DNA of 64,000 bases from Octopus sinensis (lineage: Eukaryota). The notes beneath the pieces were generated by a model that did no database searches, was not told the DNA's origin, and was given only the letters and a program-made list of their open reading frames with translations. The position numbers and the translations under genes are program-made. The stretch is taken from assembly GCF_006345805.1 (NCBI RefSeq), contig NC_043026.1, positions 11,408,001-11,472,000 on the forward strand, read 5' to 3'. This document shows positions 39,318 through 54,612 of the stretch, piece by piece (the stretch's first letter is position 1; each line of letters opens with the position of its first letter).

Positions 39318-39593
39318 TTACTGTGAGAGAATGATTAACCACAGATATCACAGTGATATGGTTTTCCACCTGTGTGAATATGTTTGTGGTTGATTAAATT
39401 TTACTGTGAGAGAATGATTTACCACAGATATCACAGTGATATGGTTTTCCACCCGTGTGAATATGTCTGTGGTTGGTTAAATTTTACTGTGAGAGAATGA
39501 TTTACCAGAGATATCACAGTGATATGGTTTCTCCCAAGTATGAAAACATTTGTGATCAGCTGAATTCTCACTTCCAGAGAATCATTTACCTTA

Positions 39594-40884
<1,291 letters not shown>

Positions 40885-41587
40885 TGTTCTTTCCTCACTA
40901 CAATTTCCAGGTGTTTATCTTCTTCACTTTTATATATTTTATTGCTAATAAATATTTATACTACTGTGATCTTTGCTGATATATCATGGACGTTGCAAAT
41001 CCCTCTATAAATCCACTGAAGTTCGTTTCAGATGCGAAATAATCTTGGACACATTCCAGACAGTCAAGAAAGCAGTTGTTATTATCAATCTGAGTTCAGG
41101 AGAAAATGTTTGGCTGTAATATTCCAAAGATTTATATAAGCAGAGTTATATGTGTTCTGCATAAGATTTTCTTTTGAGTCTTTAAACAAGGATATTGATG
41201 ATGTATACCATTCTTAGATGCCAATGTCATTTGTTATTCTGAAACAGTAGAGAAAAAAACAGAATAAGATATAGCAGACACTTAAAATAAAGCAATAGAA
41301 ATTCTAGAATATTTCTTATATTATAATTGAACTGTTTCCCTCTATTTTCAAGATGTAGATAAATAAATGAGTGTGTGGTAATGAAATTTATTTTCTAACC
41401 ATGTGGTCTTGATTTCAATCCCTCTTTGTGCAACTCACTTCTGCTTTGGGCAACAAGTTAACCAAAGCCTTGTGTGTGGATTTGGTAAACAGCATCAGTG
41501 TGGAAACTTATGTGTATGTATGTTTATGTATGTGTGTGTGTATGTACATACATCATACATATATATATATCTATATATATAAAACTC

Positions 41588-42956
41588 GGTTAATATAGGG
41601 CGTAACAAATATCAGAAAATCAAAAAAAAAATGAAAGCGTCTGAACCGGGCACAAAACAAAAACAAAAACAGCGTAATAGGTGTAAAACAACTTGCTCTA
41701 AACGACTATCATGAAAAAAATGCGCGCTCGCGAAAGGGGGGTGGGGGAGAGGCTTCGGAAATTTCACATCTTCAGTCCACGGCCTTTAAACTAAGAAAAA
41801 ATAGTGTAATTGGTGTAAAACTACTTGTTCTAAACGAGTATCAAGAACACACACTCACACATGAATCATAAACTCCGTATTTCGCAAAAAAAAAAATAAA
41901 GAGAAGAAATTCTGGAAAAAGTGAAGAAATGTTGGATCTCATTCCTTGGTTAAAGCTATTTTAAACATTAAATTTATGCTTTTCTTTGAAATAGTTCAGA
42001 TATATGCAATTCTTCTCACTTATTAAGATGCATTTATCAGAAAAAAAGAGACAGAAAAAACTATTATTTTGTGTCAATCCTTCCCTAATTATCCTTTATT
42101 AATTAGTTTTGGCGTGTATTTTTTTCCCAAATTTATTTTTTCACCTTTACAACACTGTTTATTAAAGCAATTAATTATCTTTATAATTTGCATATTTGAC
42201 TTATTAATCAAAATTCTCTAGATGTAATATATACTAAGTAATGCATCCTTCATTTATGTGTTCCGTTCTGTATTATGCATGCGTGACTGTTTGTATGTAA
42301 GTGTGTTTAACTGTGCACATGAATGTGAATATTAAAGAACATATTTATTTACTATGATTGTTATTTTCAGAACAAATAAATCTTTTGGCTGTTATGTTAT
42401 TGATGTTATTATTATTGCTAGTTAAAGGGTGGTGACTTGGCTGAATATTTTGAGTCTTGTAGTATGTAGTTGTGTTAGTCAATATTCTGAGTTCAAATCC
42501 AACTCATTTCTTTATCATCATTATCGATGGACCACTCAAAGAGGTATGTATACATTATCATTTTCGTAACATAATTTCTGTAGTATTTCAAGATGTTTCT
42601 GACACGTATTTTGATTCACATGGCGGAGATCCAACATTTCTTCACTTTTTCCAGAATTTCTTCTCTTTATTTTTTTTTTTTTGCGAAATACGGAGTTTAT
42701 GATTCATGTGTGAGTGTGTGTTCTCGATACTCGTTTAGAACAAGTAGTTTTACACCAATTACACTATTTTTTCTTAGTTTAAAGGCCGTGGACTGAAGAT
42801 GTGAAATTTCCGAAGCCTCTCCCCGAGGCCTCTCCCCCACCCCCCTTTCGCGTGCGCGAATTTTTTTTTTCATATTCGTTCATAGGAAGTTGTTTTACAC
42901 CTATTACACACATTTTTTTTTTGATTTTCTGATATTTGTTACGCCCTATATTAACC
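41588..42956. mobile_element. Non-autonomous TIR DNA transposon (related element ~12944-14742)
   Basis: ~45-bp TIR GGTTAATATAGGGCG..., 8-bp TSD taaaactc, ~200-bp subterminal inverted repeats, empty site at 26381-26388. Confidence 0.9.
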
Positions 42957-43549
42957 TAAAACTCAACGTGTATCTGTGTGTTTAACTTCCCGGCACAACT
43001 CCTCCCAGCCAACAAATCGTAGAACCATCAAAAATGGGTCACTTAAAGTTTAGGCGAATGAAAATTGAACTGTGCTATTTCTGTTCCGAAATTCATCTCG
43101 CAAGTGCAAAAATCGATAATGTGTTTGTTTAGGCCTTATCCCATGCATTGAATAGTGAACTTTACTCAGTCAGCTGTTTGACGTGAACTGTGTTCACCAC
43201 GCGTGCAAGCATGTGTAAATTGCATGAAAAATTAAAAAATCAAGATATAAAGACGAATCGCCGTAAACATTGTAGAAATTCGGCATGTAGCCTGGAGGGT
43301 TTTTTCATATTAATATATATATATATATATATCATCATATATATATGTACGTATATATATATATATATAATTATAATAAAGGGTTAATTGCAACAAGTTG
43401 CTTAAACCACATACCGAAAATATTAGAAATAGCAGCCAAATAGGTTACCATAATTATATATAATCCTTACCGAATATGCTCATTTCCATACCGAAAAAAC
43501 TACTAGGTGAAATTTATTGATTTTATTAAATTAATTATATTTCACCCTT

Positions 43550-43593
<44 letters not shown>

Positions 43594-43653
43594 TATATAT
43601 ATTTGAGGGTATGATAGAAGAAGGCTAACTCTTCCTTCCGTAGAAGAAAAAAT

Positions 43654-44633
43654 GGCATAGTTTCGGTTGTAGTAGCACAGATTTCCGTCGATTTCCGTAA
43701 AAAACTTTTATTTTTTTACATAAGTAATGAGAGCGAAAGAGACTAAGAGGAAGCGATTTTACGACGAGAAGGTTTCTCTTTGAAGTCGGCCTGTGTGTGT
43801 TTGATGGGGTGTGGGAGACAGACAGTATGTTGTGTAAGTGAAGTGCTTCTGTTAGTGTGTGCGAAGAGACAGACATACATATACACATACACCGAGTAAA
43901 AAATTACGATGAATCGGCCATACATACATACACACACACACATACATAGATACATACACACACACACACATAGATACATACACACACACACATACATGCA
44001 GACATACATATACACATACACCGAGTAAAAAATTACGATGAATCGGCCATACATACATACATACACACACATACATACATAGATACATACACACACACAC
44101 ACATAGATACATACACACACACACACACATACATATACACATACACCGAGTAAAAAATTACACTGAATCGACCATACATACATACACACATACATACACA
44201 CACACATACATACATAGATACATACACACACACACATACATGCAGACATACATATACACATACACCGAGTAAAAAATTACGATGAATCGGCCATACATAC
44301 ATACACTCACACATACATAGATACATACACACACACACACATACATGCATACATACATATACACATACACCGAGTAAAAAATCAGTTATCTCTCTCTTTC
44401 ACACATTACTCTCTCTGTCTCTTCGCACACACTAACAGAAGCACTTCACTTACACAACATACTGTCTGTCTCCCACACCCCATCAAACACACACAGGCCG
44501 ACTTCAAAGAGAAACCTTCTCGTCGTAAAATCGCTTCCTCTTAGTCTCTTTCGCTCTCATTACTTATGTAAAAAAATAAAAGTTTTTTACGGAAATCGAC
44601 GGAAATCTGTGCTACGACATGCGAAACTTCGCC
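43654..44633. mobile_element. Merlin-like foldback MITE with an internal tandem array
   Basis: ~220-bp inverted arms, GGC termini, 8-bp TSD gaaaaaat, empty site at ~27043-27051; about five internal ~120-bp CA-rich units. Confidence 0.88.
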
Positions 44634-45016
44634 GAAAAAATTCAAATCGGACCATTTTAACACCAAAAATTACTTACATCAAAGAGGTGCCTTTTTTCTA
44701 TGAAAATCCCTATTTTTTACGATGTTTTGACTGCTGTGTTCACATTTTTCACAAGCTACATACTGCCAAATTTTTACTTTTCAAAAATTCCAATTCTAAA
44801 GAGTCTAAACAAACCGCAATGCCGGGCGATACTGCTAGTATGTATATATATATATATAATATAAAATAAAATAAATATAAGAGAGTGGTCACTATATGGC
44901 TCACTCTAGCACCAGTTAATCCAAAAGGTTTCAACCACAAAAATACATGTTTCCCATGAAAGTCAGTACGATTGTTAGCTCACACGGACAGGGCAAATAA
45001 AAAATAACAAAAATAC

Positions 45017-45110
45017 AGATTATTTTGGGACAATTGTTTCGCTATTAATGAATTAAATGTAATTTTACTTACAAAAAAATCCACTTGTAGCTCGTCAGCC
45101 AAAACTATCT
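45017..45110 (-). ncRNA. Type I hammerhead ribozyme motif
   Basis: Minus: TTTTGG-CTGACGA-GCTA[loop]TAGC-GAAA-CAATTG-TC-CCAAAA; intact CUGANGA/GAAA core, GUC triplet, stems I-III paired. Confidence 0.82.
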
Positions 45111-45226
45111 GGATGAAATCCACTCAATCACACGCCAGATTCTACCATAACGATAAATACGCGTGTGGTTCAATTGATTACATCCGACGTTATAATTCAA
45201 ATGCCCCAGCTAACAGCGCGCCAAAC

Positions 45227-45526
45227 TTTCTAAATTAATTATATATATATATATATATTTCTAAATTAATTATATATATATATATATATATATATTTCTA
45301 AATTAATTATATATATATATATATATTTCTAAATTAATTATATATATATATATATATATTTCTAAATTAATTATATATATATATATATATTTCTAAATTA
45401 ATTATATATATATATATATATTTCTAAATTAATTATATATATATATATATTTCTAAATTAATTATATATATATATATATATATTTCTAAATTAATTATAT
45501 ATATATATATATATTTCTAAATTAAT

Positions 45527-45548
<22 letters not shown>
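45227..45548. repeat. Minisatellite (TTTCTAAATTAAT(TA)n), about 10 copies
   Basis: Direct reading; adjoins the hammerhead-bearing insertion. Confidence 0.92.
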
Positions 45549-45565
<17 letters not shown>

Positions 45566-48125
45566 GGGGGGAGAGAGAGAGAGATGAGAAAGTTGGTTTG
45601 TGAAAGCACGTGGTTGAATATATAGAAAATAGTAAAAAAGTGAAAAAACCACAGAAGGCTTGTTTTAAAATATATATTTTTTAACCTTTTAAAACAAGCC
45701 TTCTGTAGTTTTTACTATTTTCCATATATATATATATACTTAATAAAAAGGGTTCAGCAAAGATTTGCTTTACCACACCGAAGTTTAGAAATAGCAGCCA
45801 AATATCTTCTACTTTAAAAAGGGACTCCTTTTAAAGTAAAAGAAATAGCTAAGATTTTTGGCTGCTATTTCTAAACTTCGGTATGTTATAAAGCAAATCT
45901 TTGCTGGACCCGTTTTATTAAGTATTACTTAAGTTTACCGTGAAACGGTCTTTTTTTCATACCGATTTCTACTTGGTGGAATTATTGATTACTGCTTAAT
46001 TAATTAATTTTACCCTTTGTTATTATTGATATATATATATATATATATTTAAAAGGGCGATCCCAGTAAAACCAAAGCACTTATTTTGGTTTTACTGGGA
46101 TCGCCCTTTTAAGTAGAAAGAATAGCCAAAACTTTTTGACTGCTATTTCTAAATTCGGTATGTGGTGAGGCAAATCGTTGCTGAACCCTTAATTAATTAG
46201 TATTACTTAAACCTTCCTTGAATGGGTCTTTTACATACCGAACTCTACTTGGCGAAATTAATGATTATTTTTAGATTAATTAATTTCACCCTATATTATT
46301 GATAATTATATATATATATATATATATATAATATGCATGCATACACAGGTATTTCAGTACATATAAATTTATAAATAACTAGCAGTATCGCCCGGCGTTG
46401 CTCGGATTTGTAAGGGAAATAACTATATAACCATTTTTAGAGAGTTATAGCCGAAAAATGCATTAAAAATGGAAAAAAAAATTATAGTAATTTTTTTTTT
46501 AAATCGTTGACTCATCGTAGACATTTTTAGAGAGTTACTTCCCTTATATAATAGCGAAAAAATGCACTAAAATGGAAAAAAATGATGGTAAATTCTTTTT
46601 TAAATCGTAGACGCGCGCTAATACCCAGAAGGGCTCGATATGAATCACGACTATAAGATACCCGGTTTTGGTTAAACTGCACCGCAAAATGTGGGAGTAG
46701 TTAGGAATCTAAATCGTAAGAGATAGACACAACCTTACTTTTATATATAAAGACTAGCAGAGATAGCTGGCATTGCTCATGACACACGGAACTGAACGAT
46801 TAGACATTTCTTTTATATTTTCTCTAATGAACTGGAATACTTACCGTTTGAATTTCATCAAAATTCCAGATTAAGAATTTTATCGACTAGTCACGACTAG
46901 CTAGTGCGGATGCGCGCACCGGGACCATTCTTCTTTAAATAGTACCCTAATAAAATCGTTATACACGCCACCTGAAAGGTATTCGTCCAAAATTTTAGCT
47001 TTAAAACATCCAGTTGGCTTATTAAAAAAAAACTGGCGACGATAGTTAAAAGTACATAGTTTTTACACATGAATTGTTATGTCTAAAGTTGGTGGAGAAC
47101 AGAATTAATATTATTGTCTGACAAGCAACATCAAACGTTTTACAATAAACATATCCAAATACCTTTACAAAAATATTTCTATTATTATATCTTACCGGTA
47201 ATGATACATAAATCTGGGTTTATAAATGAAATATCTTCAATTACAATAGACACGTGCTTCCACTGACAGAAAACAATAGAAATTGGCTTTCACACTAGAA
47301 ATGACAAAACCCGACTAGGAAACAAAAACGAGGGAACGAAATTAGTTTCTATTTATAAGCGCCTACAAAATCATATATGTATTATTTCGAAAACTGTTAT
47401 TTTGAAATATAAAAACTATATAAAACTTTACTTAAAATACGAACACAGGGTAATTCTATACATTTTCTCCGCCGACAATATCCGATCGGCTGAGTCGTGT
47501 CGGAAGGGACAATAAAACTCGGTGCTATAATTCTGAATATGTTTCTGAAGAACAATGAAATATCGATCTAGCTTCACAGGAGCTCAAAAAAAAAGACGTA
47601 AATATCATTCCCATTTTAACTGTTTCTCAAAGTTAAAGAATGGATACAGACGGTGACTGTCCTAATTTTTAGTTCGTTTCGTTTTATCCATATCGGTGTT
47701 TCAAGTGGTGCCGTGAAATTTTAGTCCGAGTTGAATGGACATCATGAAATATACTGATTAGCCACAAGAAAAATAGATTAAAAATAGAAAATACATGGAG
47801 AAATACAAATAAGAATTTTAGTCGGCTGTGGGAAAATAATTACTGCTTTTATTGATTCATTGTATAATATAAGTAGTATTAAATATATAGTCTATGATAT
47901 ATATATACCAGGCGGCGAGCTGGCAGAAAAGTTAGCACGCCGGGCGAAATACGTAGCCGTATTTCGTCTGCCGTTGCGTTCGAGATCGACTTTGCCCTTC
48001 ATCCTTTCGGCGTTGATTCAATAAGTACCAGTTACGCACTGCGGTCGATGTAATCGACTTAATCCGTGTGTCTGTCCTTGTTTGTCCTCTCTGTGTTTAG
48101 CCCCTTGTGGGTAGTAAAGAAATAG

Positions 48126-48161
<36 letters not shown>

Positions 48162-48239
48162 TTACACCATCCTGTACAAGATGTCGGGCGGGTTATGGAC
48201 TGACGTGGTCAGAACAGTCAGCTTTACCCCAGAAAGCAT

Positions 48240-49419
<1,180 letters not shown>

Positions 49420-50298
49420 TTACCATTGAAATGGCTTCCTCCCTATGTGAATGCATTTGTGTTTGGTTAAAGTGCTATGAAAAGGGAATGATTTACCACA
49501 GATATGACAATGATATGGTTTCTCTCCTGTGTGAATACGTTTGTGATCAGTTAAATTCCCTCTTCGACAGAATGGTTTACCACAGATATCACAGTAAAAT
49601 GGCTTCTCCCCAGTATGAATACGCTTGTGGACAGTTAAATTGCTACTTTGAGAGAATGATGTACCACAGATATCACAGTTATATGGCTTCTCACCAGTAT
49701 GAATACGTTCGTGATTAGTCAAATTCCTTCTTTCAGAGAATGATTTACCACAGATATCGCAGTGGAATGGCCTCTCTCCAGTATGAATACGCGTGTGAGA
49801 TATTAGGGCACTTCGAAAAGAGAATGATTTACCGCAGATATCACAGTGAAACGGTTTCTCTCCTGTATGATTATGCTTGTGAGATGTTAGAGAACTTGCA
49901 GCAGGGAATGATTTACCACAGATATCGCATTCAAATGGCTTCTCTCCTGTATGAATACGTTTGTGAGAAGTCAAAATGCTACTTTGAGAGAATGATTTAC
50001 CACAGATATCACAGTGAAATGGCTTCTCCCCCGTATGAATACGTTTGTGAGATCTCAAGGAACTTCCACAAGAGGATAATTTACCACAGATATCACAGGG
50101 AAATAGCCTCTTACTAATATGAATACGTTCGTGATTAGTTAAGTCACTTCGAGCAAGGAATGATTCACCACAAATATCACAGTGGAACGGCTTCTCTCCT
50201 GTATGAATTCGTTTATGGGTAGTTAAACTATGTTTGTAAGTGAAAAACGTTTTACAGATATTGCACTGATATCTTGGTTGTGGTTTCTCTTTCGACAT
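49420..50298 (-). CDS. Poly-C2H2 zinc-finger protein (ZNF-C1), 10 fingers, 292 aa
   Basis: MSKEKPQP leader followed by 10 tandem fingers. Confidence 0.92.
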   Translation of the reverse strand: MSKEKPQPRYQCNICKTFFTYKHSLTTHKRIHTGEKPFHCDICGESFLARSDLTNHERIHISKRLFPCDICGKLSSCGSSLRSHKRIHTGEKPFHCDICGKSFSQSSILTSHKRIHTGEKPFECDICGKSFPAASSLTSHKHNHTGEKPFHCDICGKSFSFRSALISHTRIHTGERPFHCDICGKSFSERRNLTNHERIHTGEKPYNCDICGTSFSQSSNLTVHKRIHTGEKPFYCDICGKPFCRRGNLTDHKRIHTGEKPYHCHICGKSFPFHSTLTKHKCIHIGRKPFQW

Positions 50299-51949
50299 CT
50301 CTTCACAATAATAATATATTTTCCAGCTTTCTCACACAATCCATTTGTCCATTATTTTATTGTCATGATCACATGGATATATTTCCTGTTTACATTCAAA
50401 AGTTTATTCCAAACAAATAATTTTACAGCCTTATTTCCATTGACTGCTGTCTCTGCTAATGTCTAAAGCTGATGTAAGATTCTGTTTAAAATTATCCAAG
50501 TTTAATTTGTGTATAAAATCATTTTGTAGACATTCCACACAGTTAAGAAATATTGCTATCAATTTCAGTTCAGAAGAAATATTTTACTGTAATTCTCTAG
50601 GGTTATTATTTTCTTTCAGCTTTGAAGGTGATAAATTTTGATGGAAACAATGCTGCGATGCCAATGTCGTCTGATATTCTGAAATAAAAAAAGAAAAACA
50701 ATAGTGTAAGTTATAGAGGACATTTTAAAACAAAGTTAAAACAGTGGATCACAACTAAAACCTTCACCATCATTATTTCCAATCCTTGTGATAGAAGCTG
50801 AATTTTTCTATAAAAAACGTCTGATAATTTTGCAGCTTCAATAAAAAAATATATTACTCTACTTTTGGTATTCAAGTACTACTTTTTCTACTCTTTTTCG
50901 CATCTGTGTGCTCACCTCTGTTTAACCCTTTCGTTACTGTATTTATTTTGAGATGCTCTGTGTTTCTTTCAATTACTTTAAATATACCAAAGAATTTAGT
51001 AAAATAACTTAGTTATCATTAAGCTGGTGTTAGGAACATAAATTGTGACTAAGGTTTGGTGGAAGATTTTAATTCAAAACTTATGAAAACAAGACATTTG
51101 TACTCAGAGCCAGAGGTGGTTTCAACCAGGTTGTTATCAAAAGGGTTAAGAATTGTTTCTCTATTATATATTTTAACCCTCTCGTTACCATACTTCTGTT
51201 GAGATGCTCTGTGTTTCTTTCAATTAATTTTAAATATAACAAAGAATTTAGTAAAATAACTTAGTTATCATTAAGCTGGTGTTAGGAACATAAATTGTGA
51301 CTAAGGTTTGGTGGAAGATTTTAATTCAAAACTTATGAAAACAAGACATTTGTACTCAGAGCCAGAGGTGGTTTCAACCAGGTTGGTATCGAAAGGGTTA
51401 AAATGTCACACAGTGGGAATGTACCTAGAACCCCACGGTTGGGAAGCAAGCTACTTCTCACACAGCCATGCGTACAGACACAGGATCCTTTCTGTTTGAA
51501 CGGCAGTTTTTTCTAGCGGTGTCATATGAAATTGTCACCCATAATTATGACCCTTGTATCGATCTATTGCATTTCAACCTGTTTTAGGGTTAGGGGTGGG
51601 GGGAAGGGTATCTTTTTTTTTCTTCAGAAATGTAAATAAACCCAATCTGTTTCTTAAACGAGGGACATATTCATATGGCACACATTGTTTTCACCTCAAT
51701 AGACGTCATTGATTGGTTGAAATTGCAGAAATTGAAGAGAAAAAAACAACAAATATCTTACAAACCATAGAATTTTCTCAATAAAGCCAAGAGAAAAAGA
51801 TGTTTTATAAACACATTCTACCAGTATACGAAGTTTAAAAGTGTTTAGTTACCTAGAAATTATTTTAAAAAAAACTGCCGGTGAAACCGAAAAGAACCGG
51901 CACATATTTTATGTATTGGTTATGTTGGCACGTTACATACTCTCTCTTT

Positions 51950-53490
51950 TTCTCTTTTCCTTGTTTCAGTCATTTGACTGCGGCCATGCTGGAGCACCGC
52001 CTTTAGTCAAGCAAATCGACCCCGGGACTTATTCTTTGTAAGCCCAGTACTTATTCTATCGGTGTCTTTTGCCGAACCGCTAAGTGACGGGGACGTAAAC
52101 ACACCAGCATCGGTTGTCAAGCAATGCTAGGGGAACAAACACAGACACACAAACGTACACGCACATCTATATATACATACATTTTTACGACGGGTTTCTT
52201 TCAGTTTCCGTCTACCAAATCCACTCACAAGGCATAGGTCGGCCCGGGGCTATAGCAGAAGACACTTGCCCAAGATGCCACGCTGTGGGACTGAACCCGG
52301 AACAATGTGGTTGGTTAGCAAACTACTTACCACACAGCCACTCCTATATACATATATACGACAGGCTTCTTTCAGTTTCCGTCTACCAAATCCACTCACA
52401 AGGCTTTGGTCGGCCCGGGGCTATAGCAGAAGACACTTGCCCAAGATGCCGCGCAGTGGGACTGAACCCGAAACCATGTGGTTGGTTAGCAAGCTACTTA
52501 CCACACAGCCACTCCTATATACATATATACGACAGGCTTCTTTCAGTTTCCGTCTACCAAATCCACTCACAAGGCATTGGTCGGCCTGGGGCTATAGCAG
52601 AAGACACTTGCCCAAGATGCCGCGCAGTGGGACTGAACCCGGAACCATGTGGTTGGTTAGCAAGCTACTTACCACACAGCCACTCCTATATACATATACA
52701 CGACAGGCTTCTTTCAGTTTCCGTCTACCAAATCCACTCACAAGGCTTTGGTCGGCCCGGGGCTATAGCAGAAGACACTTGCCCAAGATGCTGCGCAGTG
52801 GGACTGAACCCGCAAACATGTGGCTGGTTAGCAAGCTACTTACCACACAGCCACTCCTGCGCCTATGTTTATGATTTATATACTGTTCATGATTTGACAA
52901 CATTACATAAACATCACAAATTATGGGCTGTCTCTGTAGTCATTTTTGATTCCTCTCACAATTCACTTTCATTTTCCAAAACACTTTGCTTTCCGTTTTT
53001 AAACAATTTGCATTCGCTATTTTGGGACTGAAAACTCAAACGTTACTCTTTTTACTTGTTTTAATCATTTTGACTGCGGCCATGCTGGAGCACCGCCTTT
53101 AATCGAGCAACTCGACCCCGGGGGACTTATTCTTTTGTAAGCCCAGTACTCATTCTATCGGTCTCTTTTGCCGAACCGCTAAGTGACGGGGACGTAAACA
53201 CACCAGCATCGGTTGTCAAACAATGCTAGGGGGACAAACACACACATATATATATATACTCTTACTCTTTTACTTGTTTCAGTCATTTGACTGCGGCCAT
53301 GCTGGAGCACCGCCTTTAGTCGAGCAACTCGATCCTCGGGGCTTATTCTTTTGTAAGCCCAGTACTCATTCTATCGGTCTATTTTGCCGAACCGCTAGGC
53401 GACGGGGACGTAAACACACCGGCATCGGTTGTCAAGCAATGCTAGGGGGACAAATACAAACACATACACACACACACACATATATATATA
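51950..53490 (-). mobile_element. SINE cluster: one tail with four tandem heads (52188-52864, period 171 bp) and two tandem tails (53044-53490)
   Basis: Head units start at 52188, 52359, 52530 and 52701. Confidence 0.9.
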
Positions 53491-53708
53491 TATAGATAGA
53501 TAGATAGATAGATGAGTGTATTTTTACCTTGTTAACAATTAACACGGAAAAAATAAATAAATAGTTACCAGGGCAGCAAAAATCTCACAAGTAAAGATGT
53601 TGTAACTCCTTGTTTATAGAGGTAGAAACTTCGTGTTTACGTTGAATATTTTGAATAATATATGAATAAATAAATGGAGTTTAACGCAGGTGTAAACAAA
53701 TATTTTTT

Positions 53709-53794
53709 ACTTTCTACACATGTTTCGAAAATTCCACTGATACTATTCAAAAGAATAAATGGTATAAACAATGCAATCTTCTCCTCAGGAAAGT
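53709..53794 (-). ncRNA. Type I hammerhead ribozyme motif
   Basis: Minus: ACTTTC-CTGAGGA-GAAGATT[loop]AATTTTC-GAAA-CATGTG-TA-GAAAGT; intact core, GUA triplet, 6-bp stem I, 7-bp stem II. Confidence 0.82.
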
Positions 53795-54025
53795 GAAAAA
53801 AGCGAAACTTGTCAATATGACATTTTAGCAAAAAATGATGGATTTGTATAGCGATAGACAGAATGCTATTAATATTGTTTAAAAAAACGGTATATGATAT
53901 AACGTCATAAGTAGCTAACAGAAAGAGTAGGGATACCAATAGTGAATGTTGAATATAAAGGAAATTAAAGTTTAAATTATATATAATGATAGAGACTACT
54001 TATATGCACTAAATGTATATATATA

Positions 54026-54612
54026 TACGACAGGCTTCTTTCAGTTTCCGTCTACCTAATCCACTCACAAGGCTTTGGTCGACCCGAGGCTATAGTAGAA
54101 GACACTTACCAAAGGTGCCATGCAGTGGAACTGAACCCGGAACCATGTGGTTGGTAAATATATATATATATTTACCAACCACATGGTTCCGGGTTCAGTT
54201 CCACTGCGTGTCACCTTGGGCAAGTGTCGTCTACTATAGCCTCGGGCCGACCAAAGCCTTGTGAGTGGATTAGGTAGATGGAAACTGAAAGAAGCCTGTC
54301 GTGTATATATATATACATATATATATACATTTAGTGCATATAAGTAGTCTCTATCATTATATATAAAATAGTATATTAATTTTCTTTATATTTAACATTC
54401 ACTATTAATATCCCTACTCTTTCTGTTAGCTACTTATGACGTTATATATATATATATATATATACGACAGGCTTCTTTCAGTTTCCGTCTACCAAATCCA
54501 CTCACAAGGCTTTGGTCAGCCCGAGGCTATAGTAGAAGAAACTCGCCCAAGGTGCCACGCAGTGGGACTGAACCCGGAACCATGTGGTTGGTAAGCAAGC
54601 TACTTACCACAT
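54026..54612. mobile_element. Three SINE heads (54026-54156 minus, 54171-54302 plus, 54463-54612 minus)
   Basis: Family homology; the first two are the centre of a palindrome. Confidence 0.88.

Noticed and set aside
43743-44370. CVCM-rich ORFs and a CRISPR-like repeat/spacer look
   Set aside because: Internal tandem array of a MITE; the spacers are CA microsatellites, the context is eukaryotic and there are no cas genes
52114-53031. 305-aa and 202-aa repetitive ORFs
   Set aside because: Produced by tandem 171-bp SINE heads (a multiple of 3); no protein-like features
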